From Chloroflexota bacterium (GTDB taxonomy: Bacteria; Chloroflexota; Limnocylindria; Limnocylindrales; CSP1-4), in NCBI GenBank assembly GCA_026004015.1, contig BPIH01000002.1:77418-141417 (forward strand): a DNA stretch of 64,000 bases, read 5' to 3'. The notes below the pieces were generated by a model. That model searched no databases. It was given only the letters and a program-made list of their open reading frames with translations, and was not told the origin of the DNA. This document shows, piece after piece, positions 33,136 to 42,717 of this stretch (within the stretch, counting starts at the first letter, position 1; each line of letters opens with the position of its first letter). A program made the position numbers and the translations under genes.

Positions 33136-33320
33136 GTGGACAACGCGGCCTCGGTCGGGCCGGCAACCCTCGAGATCGTGGATAACCCACTTGCGCGGGC
33201 GGCTCGGCCCAGGGTAGCGTTCGAGGTGCCCGAAGGGGCCTCTGACGATGGCGATCCGGCCGGTGCCTGCACCGGTCGTGAGCCAGGACGGACGGTTCCT
33301 TCGGGCGCTTTCGTGTCTGC
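33136..33320 (+). repeat. Unit B of the tandem structured element (same four conserved blocks, spacing within 2 nt of unit A), in the leader of the EamA transporter gene
   Basis: Blocks at 33136, 33174, 33228 and 33294. The internal hairpin CCGGTGC-CT-GCACCGG sits where unit A has ACCGGCGATGC-CTC-GCATCACCGGT. Confidence 0.7.
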
Positions 33321-33686
33321 CGCAACCGGCGTCGCGCGGCTGGTCAGTCCAATCGTTCCCAGCCGGCCCCAAGCCGGTCCTCCGAGTCCGCCGGGCGTGC
33401 CGTCGACGACCGCTGGCCTCGACCGTCGTCGGTCCCGAGGAAGGCTTCAGCTCGGAGCCCTCCGCCGAGCCGGGCTGCTGGGGTGACGCGTCCCGAGGTT
33501 TCAGGTCCTGGTCCCACCCTCTCCGCTACGCCGGAACTGCCGATAAGGGCAGTTATGTCCGTTAGGCCGGCGGCCAGAGGCGCGTCCGAGCGGGCCTCGG
33601 CTCGGCCGCGATACGATCCGGCTCGTCATGCCTCCCCACGACCGCCAGGCGGCACGATCGGGCTGCCCCTCCGCCGGACGCCGACG

Positions 33687-34619
33687 ATGACGCGCCGCGG
33701 GCTCGTCTTGTTCGCGGCGATGTCGGTGATCTGGGGCATCCCGTATCTGCTCATCCGCATCGCCGTCGGGGAGATCTCGCCGGCGACCCTCGTCCTGGCG
33801 CGGACCGCCATCGCGGCGGCCATCCTCCTGCCGATCGCCGTCGCCCGGGTCGACTTCGGCGCCCTTCGCCCGCACTGGCCGTGGATCGTCGCCTTCGCCC
33901 TCGTCGAGATCGCCGGGCCCGTGGGTCCTCCTCGGCTCCGCCGAGCAGCGGATCTCGAGTTCCCTCGCCGGGATCCTCGTCGCCGCCGTGCCGCTCGTCG
34001 GGAGCGGCCATCGCCCTCCTGACAGGAGGGGCCGATCGGCTCGGGCCGACCGGCCTCGCCGGCCTCCTCATCGGGATCGTCGGCGTCGGCGCCATCGTCG
34101 GGGCGGACGTGGGGGCCGAGGACGCCGTGGCGGTCCTCCAGATGGGCGGTGTCGTCCTCGGCTACGCCCTCGGGCCGGCCATCCTCGCCCGCAGGCTCGG
34201 CGGGGTGTCCTCGCTCGGGGTCATGACGGCCTCGCTCGGCCTCTGCGCCCTCCTCTACCTCCCCATCGTGGCCCTCGACCCGCCGGCCGGCCTCCCCTCC
34301 CCGGCTGTCCTCGCCGCCGTCGTGATCCTCGCCGTCGTCTGCACGGCCCTCGCCTTCCTCGTCTTCGCTGCCCTCATCGCCGAGATCGGCCCCGTCCGGG
34401 CCACGGTCATCACCTACGTCAACCCGGCCGTGGCGGCCGTCCTCGGCGTCCTCCTCCTTGGCGAGGACTTCAGCCCCTCGATGGCCCTCGGCTTCGCCCT
34501 CGTCGTCGCCGGTTCGGCCCTCGCCACCCGCGAGCCCGACGGCGTCGACTGCCGAGGCATCGCCGCTCGTCCTCGAGCCGGCCGGCGACGCCGAACCCGG
34601 GAGCGCGGCCTCGCCCTGA
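33687..34619 (+). CDS. EamA/DMT superfamily transporter (apparent frameshifts; 3' end uncertain)
   Basis: Polytopic membrane protein with two EamA-like halves (WGIPYLLIRIAVGE..., TYVNPAVAAVLGVLLLGE). Confidence 0.65.
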
Positions 34620-34912
34620 TCCGCCCCCGTCGCTGGAGGGCCCTCGCTCCGCGCCGCCGGGTCCTGCGCCCTGGCGACCGCTTGGCCCCCGGAGCGACCC
34701 GCGGGCCTCGGGGGCGGATCCACGGCCACGGCGCGGCTGCGCGGCTCGGACGGGGGAAGGCCAGGCGTCACTCATCCCGCGCCGACGGCGGCCAAAGTGT
34801 AGGGGTTCCCCGACTTTCCATGAGGACGCAGCCTGTCTACCGTTGTCGCGAACGGCCGTTCTCGGGCGGCGCTCGAGGGGGCGACAGCTGGGCCGGCGAG
34901 GAGGAACGCGAG

Positions 34913-37506
34913 ATGTGGAAACAGCCCGTGGAAGCGGCCGGGGAGGGTGACGAGCGCGAGCTTCGGCTCGCACCCGAGGCGGAGTCGACCCCACCACGGC
35001 GGGGGCGGAGACGACGGCCACCACGGCGGGGGCCGACACGACCACCGCCGCTGCCGGAACCGAGACGACCAGCGAGCCGGTTCTCGGCGACCCCGAGCGC
35101 CGTGCCTCACCCCAGCCTCGCGACAGCGGGCACCGGCCCGCCCGAGGACCTGCTCCAGCCCGGTGCCGTCGGGCAGACGCCCGACCTCGACCGTGAGGCC
35201 GCCATCGACCCGCGGACCGGGCCGCTCGCCGGCCTCGTCGGTCCGGCAGCCCTCGACGGACGCCCTCGGGGTCGAGATCGACACGGCGACCGACGTCGGG
35301 AAGGCCACCGGCTTCGACACCGGGCTCTCGGTCGACCGGGTCGGCCTCAACCTCGACCCGTTCGCGGAGCGCCGAGGCAGACAGCCGTCGCCGCAGGCCG
35401 CGGCCCGCCACAGCGGCCAACAGGTGTCCGGTGGCGGCGGCGACAGCACGAGCCCGGCCGAAGAGAAGGGCGTCCTCGACACCATCATCGACGTCGCCGC
35501 CGGCGTGCTCATGGCGGTCTTCGACAAGACGCCCGAGCCGCTCTCGACGCTGGCACCGCTGGCGAGCGAGGAGGGCGCGGCCGCCGAGCAAGGGGCGTTC
35601 AACGCTCCTGCAGGAGAAGGACGCGAAGGACTCCAGCCGACCTCGGCACCGAGGAGGGCAACGAGGAGTACTACCGCCTCCGGGCCCAGTCCACGGCGGA
35701 CTTCTACAAGTCGAAGACCCAGGCCAACGAGAGCGAGAACGAGACCGAGACGGACGAGAGCGAGTCGGACGGCGGCACGTCCGCTCCGTCGGGCTCGGGC
35801 GAAGCGCAGCGGCCCGTGAACCCGCGACTGCGGCGACGGCGGGACCTCGCCCGGCAGCCCGGGGGACGTGCTCCTCCAGCGCCCAAGCGTCATCGACCCA
35901 GCCTCCGGACGAGACCGACTCGAGCATCGTCGTCGACCCTCGAGCTGGAATCCCCAAGCTCGAAGCGGCACCGTACGACCCGAACCCGCTGGATGCCTAC
36001 GGGTCGGTCGTCGAGGCGGGGCCGCTTCGCCAGCCGGACCAGGTCTACGACCCAGCCCCGGACAGCGACGCCACGGACATTGCGGGGACGGTCACGGTCA
36101 ACCCCTACTCCGGGGGGCCGGGCATCGTCGGCCCCGGGCCCGCCCCGAGCCCCGGATCGGGCGGCGGGGGGTACGAAACGGCGCAGTCGGCGATGATGAA
36201 GGCTGATCCGGACGACGAACCGCCACCCGAGGCCGGCTCGGTCGCCGGAGGTGGATCGCTCGGCGGCGAGTGGGGCGATCTCGGCGCCGCCGCCTCGTCG
36301 GTGGCATCGGCAGCGGCGGCCGCCGGAGCGGCGGTCGAGAGCGCGGGCGAGTGGGTCGATGACCAGGCGCGCACGGCGGGTGCCGTGGTCAAGAACGCCA
36401 CCAACGTGTTCCTCGATGCCGCCCAGTCCACCGCCTCCAGCGCCGCCCGCGCGGCCGGTGGCGTCCTCTCGAGCGACTGGGCCGACCGGGCGATCGGCGA
36501 CGCACGGGACGCCGTGGAGGGGCGCCGTCGTCGGCGCCGTGGACTCGCTGGTCAATACGGTCGACGACGCGACCGACGTGGTCGAGGCGGGCGGGGTCGG
36601 CGGCCCAGGGGGACTGGGCCGCGGCCGGAGAGAAGGCCCTCGACGCCAGCGGTATCCTGACCGGCGGCTTCGTCGACGTCGAGCAGGATCCCAGCGGGAC
36701 GCACATCTCCATCACCGTCCCGGGCTCCGGCATGACCGGCCCGGCGCCGTCGGTCGGCGGAGGCGGTGAGCTGGAGATTGACGTCGGAGGCGGGAGCGTC
36801 GACGCTCAGCTCACATCGACGACGCCGGTCGGCAGCGGCTCGATCACGACGACGAGCGACGTGGGTCTGACCGGCACCGACGACGGACTGGAGGCAAGCG
36901 TGGCCGTCGAGGCCACGAGCCGTGGTCTGGCGAGCAGCGTTCCTACCAGTCAGGGGAGCGAGGTCCTACCGACCGCCGTCGGGGCGTCGGGCGACATGGC
37001 GCTCGGAGCGACCGGCGTCGACCTCACCGGCAGCGCCTGGAGCGAGAGCGATGGCCTGCTCCTGGGAGGGAGCAGCACGGCATCGGCCGAGGTCCACCTG
37101 GGGGCAGATGGGATCGCCGCTTCCGCCCGTCAGGACACCTCGGGCCATGCCGGATTGGTGTCCTTCTCGGACTCGACCGCAGCTGAGGTGTCCCTCGATG
37201 CCTCTGGCCTCGGCGCGAGCTTCGAGCGGAGCCACGAGCTGGCCGCCCTGGGAATGACCGATGCCTGGAGCACCAGCGCTGAGGTCGAGGTCGGCGCGAG
37301 CGGCGTCGATGTGACAGCGGACGCCGCCTACGTCGACGTCGATCCCGCACTCGGGGCCGTCGGCGTCAGCGTCGGTTCCTCGGGCGATCGGAGTGGAGCA
37401 ACCGCTCGGGCCGGGCCTCGCGGATGCCGAAATCGCGGTCTCCGGCGACGACTCGGGCGGGACCGCGGCCGCGACCACGGACACGGAGTCCGACCCGGTG
37501 CCCTGA
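34913..37506 (+). CDS. Large acidic low-complexity hypothetical protein (about 860 aa after frame correction; Ala/Gly/Ser/Thr/Asp-rich with degenerate C-terminal repeats); local GC lower than flanks
   Basis: ATG with a GGAGGA RBS. Protein-like segments occur in three frames, so the sequence shifts frame. No signal peptide or known domain is recognisable. Ends at the TGA at 37506. Confidence 0.5.
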
Positions 37507-37563
37507 CCGCCGGCAGCCCGGCAACGCCCACGGCGCGCGCCCACCGGCTCCGCGAGACCCGAC

Positions 37564-37883
37564 CTACGGCTGCCGGTAGAAGACGTCGGTCGAGTCCGGC
37601 AAGACGAACCGCAGGGTCATGTCGCCGACCGCAGGGGCGGGAGCGACACGATCATCAGCGTGGGTGGGGCCGCGGTCGTCGGCGGTCCGCTCGCGGGGAC
37701 GATCCGGCTCGGCGCGGACCCGTTGGCGGCGATCGAGGTGCCGGCACACGGCTCGGTATCGTGCTCCGGGCGCCAGCCCTGAGCGCAGGCCGCCAACGAG
37801 ATCGCCACCGCCACCTTCAAGAAGGCGGGACCGGGCGACCGCCTGGCGTGTCCGCATTCCAGGCGCCGTCGGTCCCCATCCAT
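37564..37883 (-). CDS. Small putative lipoprotein/secreted protein (apparent frameshift)
   Basis: Signal-peptide-like FLKVAVAISLAACAQG with an LAAC lipobox. The C-terminal 18 aa are in a shifted frame ending at 37564. Confidence 0.4.
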
Positions 37884-38020
37884 AGGCGGACGCTACGTCA
37901 GCCGATACGGTGGGGCAATTCGGGGGACCTCTACAGTCTGACGTCCCCGATCGCCGTCCCCGAACGGTCTCGCGCCGGTCCGTGGGCGCCGGCTCCGCCG
38001 CGGGGAACAGGATCGAACGC

Positions 38021-39076
38021 CTAGCCAGGGGATCGGCCTCCTGGCGCCGCCGGGGCGGGGACCGGGGCGGCCGCGTCGGCACAGGCGTCGATGGGCAGGC
38101 ATTCAGGGGCGGCCGAGGCGCTCGTCCGGGCCGGCCAGTGGAGGAAGGCGCCGACGTAGACACCGACGAGGACGACGGCGCCGCCGAGGAGGAAGGCGAC
38201 CGAGGGACGCTCGGCGGTGAGGATGGCCGCCGCCACGATCGTCACCATCGGCATGAGGAGGCTCACGTAGGAGACCGCCGAGGCCGTCCACCGGCCGAGG
38301 GTGAAGAGGAAGAGGGCGAACATGACGACGGAGCCGAGCAGGGCGAGGTAGCCGAGGGCGACCCAGGTGTCCGTCTCGACTGGCACCGTCCACCGTTCGG
38401 CACCGAGGGCGGAGCCGACGAGGAGGAGGCCCCCGCCGGCCCCCATGGCGACGACGTTCGTCCCGAAGGGATCGCTCCGGGGGATCCATTTGGCGATGAC
38501 GGAGCTCTCGGCGAGGCAGACCGTAGCGAGGACGGCCAGGAGAAGCCCCACCGCCGGAACGTTCGCACTGAGCTGGTCGGCGGTGACGATGCCGACTCCG
38601 CCGAGGGCGACGAGGGCACCGACGAGGCCCTGGAAGCGGAAGGCCTCCTGGCGGTGGGCGATGGCGAGGCCGAAGGTGAAGAGGGGCGCCAGGGCGATGA
38701 GGAGCATCGCCGTTCCCGCCGGCACCGACTGGAGGGCCGTGTAGAGGAACCCGTAGCCGGCCCCGATGCCGACGGCGCCGTAGAGGGCGGCTCCGCCGAG
38801 GCTCCGGCCCCGGGGCAACGTCCGCCGGCCGTAGGTCACGAGCCCGAGCATGAGGATCGAAGCGGCGATGAAGCGGACGGCGGCCGACCAGAGCGGTTCG
38901 AGCTCACCGACGGTCGCCTTCACCGCGATCCCGTTCAGCCCCCCGATGAGGACGACGCCGCCGAAGCTGGCGAGGGTGAGCCGGTCGACGCCGGCGAGCT
39001 GGACCACGATGCACCTCCCTCCCCTCTCCCCGGGGCGCGGTCGCCGAAGCATGCCACGGGTCGTCCCTGAAGGCAA
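38021..39076 (-). CDS. EamA/DMT superfamily transporter
   Basis: A 351-aa ORF with about 10 TM segments in two EamA halves. The real start is probably internal, near 39050. Confidence 0.75.
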   Translation of the reverse strand: MPSGTTRGMLRRPRPGERGGRCIVVQLAGVDRLTLASFGGVVLIGGLNGIAVKATVGELEPLWSAAVRFIAASILMLGLVTYGRRTLPRGRSLGGAALYGAVGIGAGYGFLYTALQSVPAGTAMLLIALAPLFTFGLAIAHRQEAFRFQGLVGALVALGGVGIVTADQLSANVPAVGLLLAVLATVCLAESSVIAKWIPRSDPFGTNVVAMGAGGGLLLVGSALGAERWTVPVETDTWVALGYLALLGSVVMFALFLFTLGRWTASAVSYVSLLMPMVTIVAAAILTAERPSVAFLLGGAVVLVGVYVGAFLHWPARTSASAAPECLPIDACADAAAPVPAPAAPGGRSPG

Positions 39077-39165
39077 GGGTGAACGGCGCGAGGACCGGCG
39101 TTCGTGCTCGCCAGCAGTCCGGGCCGGCAGGACCCCGATTGGTCGGGTCTACGACCCCTCCCCTA

Positions 39166-40116
39166 CCCCGTCGCGGACCGTCGGGTCGAGTCGCGCCGCG
39201 ACTCGACGATCTCCGTCGGCGCGTGGTGAACGGCCGGGATCGTCCCGAGCCGACCGGCCTGGTAGTCGGCGATGGCCTCGAGGATCTCCTCACGGCTGTT
39301 CATGACGAAGGGTCCGTACCAGACGACCGGCTCCCGGATCGGTCGCCCGCCGAGGAGGAGGACCTCGAGCTTCGGGCTCCGGCTCTCCTGGCGCTCGGCG
39401 GCGGCGACGGTGAGGGCCTCCCCCGGTCCGAAGACGGCGAGCTGGCCCGTGCGCCATCGGCACCCGCTCGCGGCCGGCGAAGCCGGCGCCGGCGAGGACG
39501 TAGACGAGGGCGTTGTAGTCGGCCCGCCAGGCGAGGGACAGCTCGGCCCCGGGGGCGAGGGTGGCGTGGACCATGGTCATCGGCGTGTAGGTCACGCCCG
39601 GCCCGCGGTGGCCAGCGACCTCGCCGGCGATGACCCGGAGGAGGGCGCCACCGTCGTGGGAGGCGAGGAGGGCGACGGCCTCGGCCCGGAGGTCCTGGTA
39701 GCGCGGCGGTGCCCACTTCTGGGCCCGCGGCAGGTTCACCCAGAGCTGGAGGCCGTGGAAGAGCCCCCCTGATGCGACGAGGGCCTCGGGCGGCCGTTCG
39801 ATGTGGAGGATCCCGGCCCCGGCCGTCATCCACTGGGTGTCGCCGTTCGTGATGACGCCGCCGCCGCCGTTCGAGTCGCTGTGCTCGAAGGTCCCGTCGA
39901 TCATGTAGGTCACCGTCTCGAACCCCCGGTGGGGGTGCCAGGGCGTCCCCTTCGGCTCCCCGGGGCGTACTCCACCTCCCCCATCTGGTCGAGGTGGACG
40001 AAGGGGTCGAGATCGGCGAGGTCGACCCCGGCGAAGGCCCGCCGGACCGGGAAGCCCTCACCCTCGAAGGCGTGGGGTGCCGTGGTCACCGAGCGGACGG
40101 GCCGCTGGCGGCTCAT
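39166..40116 (-). CDS. Pirin family protein (bicupin; apparent frameshifts)
   Basis: HPHRGFETVTYMIDGTFEHSDSNGGGG and QWMTAGAGILHIE cupin motifs, with a C-terminal cupin in other frames. Confidence 0.72.
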
Positions 40117-40376
40117 GACCGGGTCGGGTCGGGGGACCCGCGGCAGGACGGTGATGTCGGGGACGGTGATGGCAGGCATGACGCTCCCTTCGGCGCCATC
40201 CTCGCACGCGATCGTTGCGTTGTCAACGACCTCGGTCCGGCCGGGCCGGGAGGCCCGGCTGAGACCCGGGTGAGGGTCGGGACGGGCTGATGCGAGCCCG
40301 GCGTCGAGCGACCGTGGACGGCGGGCTGGCGGGGCTCGTGGCGCGGCGTCCCTTCCGCGGGCCGGCTCGCCGGGAC

Positions 40377-42060
40377 TCAGCCCGCGGCGAAGGGGTGGTC
40401 GTTCACGCTCACCCAGCGGCGATCGAGGACGAGGTGGAGGACCGTCGGGCGGTCGGCGGCGAGGGCCTCGCGAAGGGCCGGCTCGAACTCGCCGTCGGCC
40501 TCGACCCGAACCCCCCGCCCACCGAGGGCCCGGCCGACGGCGGCGAAGTCGACGGGCCCGAGGTCCGTCGCCACGCCCGTCGAGTCGCCGCGGTCGTCCT
40601 GGTGCATCCGGATCATGCCGTAGCGTTCGTTGTCGAAGACGACGACGATCGGCCGCACCCGCTCGCGGACGGCCGTCTCGAGCTCGGCCATCGTCATCGC
40701 CATACCGCCGTCCCCGACGAGGGCGACCACCGGCCGGTCGCGGTGGATGAGAGCCGCCGCCACGGCGGCCGGCACGGCGTAGCCCATCGCTCCCGAGGTC
40801 GGGCCGAGGAAGGTCCCCGGGCGCCGGAAGCGAAAGCCGCGGGCCGCCCAGCCGGCGAAGTTGCCGGCGTCGGTGACGAGGATGGCGGCATCGGGGAGGA
40901 CGCGCCGGAGGGTGGCGACGACGCGGCCCGGGTGGACCCCGGGCCCGGTCCAATCGCCCCCGTCGACGACGCTCGCCGCCTCGAAGGCGGCCCGATCGCG
41001 GGCGTTCCGCTCGGCCCGGGCGTCGGCGACGGCCGCGTCGAGGACGCCGTTCGCCAGGCGATTCACGGCCGCCCGCAGAAAGGCCCGGGCGTCGACGGCG
41101 AGGGCGAGGTCGGGCGGCCGGAGGCCAGCGCGACCGCCCCGCGGCTCGACGTCGACGTGGGCCCAGCGCGTAGCGGGCGCCGGGATCTCGTAGCCGTACG
41201 TCGTCACCTCGTTCAGGCGGCAGCCGATGACGAGGAGGGCGTCGGCGGTGCGGAGGCGCTCCCGGACCGTCGGCGGCGCGCCGTGCCCGGCCATCCCGAG
41301 ATAGAGGGGATGGTCGTTCGGGACGACGTCGCCCCCGGCGCCAGGCGGCGACGATGGGGACCCGGAGGAGCTCGGCGACGCGGACGAGGTCCGTCGAGCA
41401 GCGGGCTCGGAGGACGCCGCCCCCGGCGAGGATGACCGGTCGCTCGGCACAGGCGAGGAGCTGGAGGATCGAGCGGACGAGGACCGGGTCGGGTCGGAGC
41501 CCGGCGCTCGGGACCGCCGGCCGCTCCCGGACGGGCGCCTCGAGGGGCTCGTCGAAGAGGTCGGCCGGGATCGAGAGGAGGACGGGGCCCGGGACGGCCG
41601 CTCGTCGCCTGCCGGAGGCCCTCGTCGAGGAGGGCGGGGAGCTCGCCGACCGTCGCCGGCTCGGCGGCCCACTTGGCGAGACCGCCGACGGTGCCGACGA
41701 GGTCCGCCTCCTGGAAGGCTTCACGGCCGAGGAAGGGCCGCTCGACCTGGCCGGCGATGGCGAGGAGGGGCGTCGAGTCGGCGTAGGCGGTGTGGAGGGC
41801 GATGGCGAGGTTGCCGGCCCCGACGGCGCGGGTCACGATGACCGCGGCGGGGCGACCGGTGAGCTGCCCGTAGGCCTCGGCCATGAAGCCCGCCCCGGCC
41901 TCGTGGCGGGTGGCGACGACGGCGACGCCGACGGCGTCGAGGGCGTCGAGGAGCGGCAGGAAGCTCTCGCCCGGCACGGTGAAGGCGTACCGGAGCCCGG
42001 CAGCCCGGAGGGATCGGGCGAGCCAGGTGGCGACGCGTCGGACGGTCGCTCGCCGGTCCC
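40377..42060 (-). CDS. Thiamine pyrophosphate-dependent enzyme, acetolactate synthase large-subunit-like (apparent frameshifts; 5' end uncertain)
   Basis: N-terminal Pyr domain (YAFTVPGESFLPLLDAL, ATRHEAGAGFMAEAYGQLTG), a central domain and a C-terminal TPP-binding domain (GAMGYAVPAAVAAAL, LVGDGGMAMTMAELETA, NERYGMI). Confidence 0.7.
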
Positions 42061-42432
42061 CGACGGGGCGCTTCGGCCGGGCTGGTCGGAGCGGCGGGAC
42101 CCTCCGCGGCGGGAGGGACCTCGGCGGCGCGGGCCGAGGGATTCCGCGGGCGGGGCGCTCGCGACGCTCGTGGCGCCCAGGGCGACGTCGCGGCCGTCGG
42201 TCGGCTCGGCCGGGGCGACCGCCGGCGCCTCGAGGGGCGCCTCGTCGAGGGTCGCCGCCGCAGGGTCTCCGGCCCCCACGCCGGGACCGTCGGGGTCGGG
42301 CTCGGTTCGGGACGGTTCGGCCGGGAGGCGCGAGCCGAGGGCGTCGGTCTCGGCGCCGGCGTGCAGTTCGGTCATCGATCCACCTGGTGCGGATGGGAAG
42401 CGGCTTCCTGGACGGCTCCGGTCCGGAGCGGA

Positions 42433-42531
42433 TCAGAGCGGATAGGCGATCGCCGAGGCCACGAGGCCGAGGACGACGATGACGGCGACGATGGCGAAGA
42501 CGAAGCGGGCGAGACGTGTCCCTGGCAACAT
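42433..42531 (-). CDS. Possible 32-aa single-TM membrane peptide
   Basis: An ATG...TGA ORF (MLPGTRLARFVFAIVAVIVVLGLVASAIAYPL) with a lower-GC hydrophobic core. Weak evidence. Confidence 0.25.
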   Translation of the reverse strand: MLPGTRLARFVFAIVAVIVVLGLVASAIAYPL

Positions 42532-42717
42532 GCCCCTCGATCCTTCGAGCGTTCGTGCGGGCTGGCCCGGCGGGTCCCGGGTCGAGCACAGGGCGCCTGG
42601 AGCGCGCTCTGTGCTCCAAGAGTATGCCCGAGTCTACGCCGCGACCGGGACGGTGGCCGCCGACGGTCGCTCCGTTGCGTCCCGGCGACCGGACTCGGAC
42701 GGCTCGGGGACGGCGGC

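Noticed and set aside
32773-33320. A chromosomal origin of replication (oriC), suggested by four or five DnaA-box-like motifs
   Set aside because: There is no adjacent dnaA, dnaN or AT-rich unwinding element. The flanking gene orientation is convergent (terminus-like) rather than divergent. Kept as a DnaA-box-containing element of unknown role and not called oriC.
32773-33486. Two small paralogous ORFs (93 and 117 aa) that start exactly at the conserved blocks (VDN...IVDN...VPEGA...VPSG)
   Set aside because: Conservation is confined to four short blocks that are 100% identical at the nucleotide level with no synonymous variation, while everything between has diverged at both DNA and protein level. 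That pattern fits cis-element or RNA-structure conservation, not purifying selection on a protein.
32646-37600. A XerCD dif site expected in a terminus-like convergence zone
   Set aside because: No AT-rich 28-bp dif-like palindrome with an ATAATGTATATTATG-type core is present in this interval. It may lie elsewhere, or the terminus inference may be wrong.
41724-42375. A separate gene encoding an acidic Ala/Pro-rich protein (MTELHAGAETDALGSR...) upstream of the TPP enzyme gene
   Set aside because: No domain is recognisable and the composition is typical of the alternative frames in this GC range. It is more likely a 5' extension or leader of the frameshifted TPP-enzyme gene than an independent CDS.
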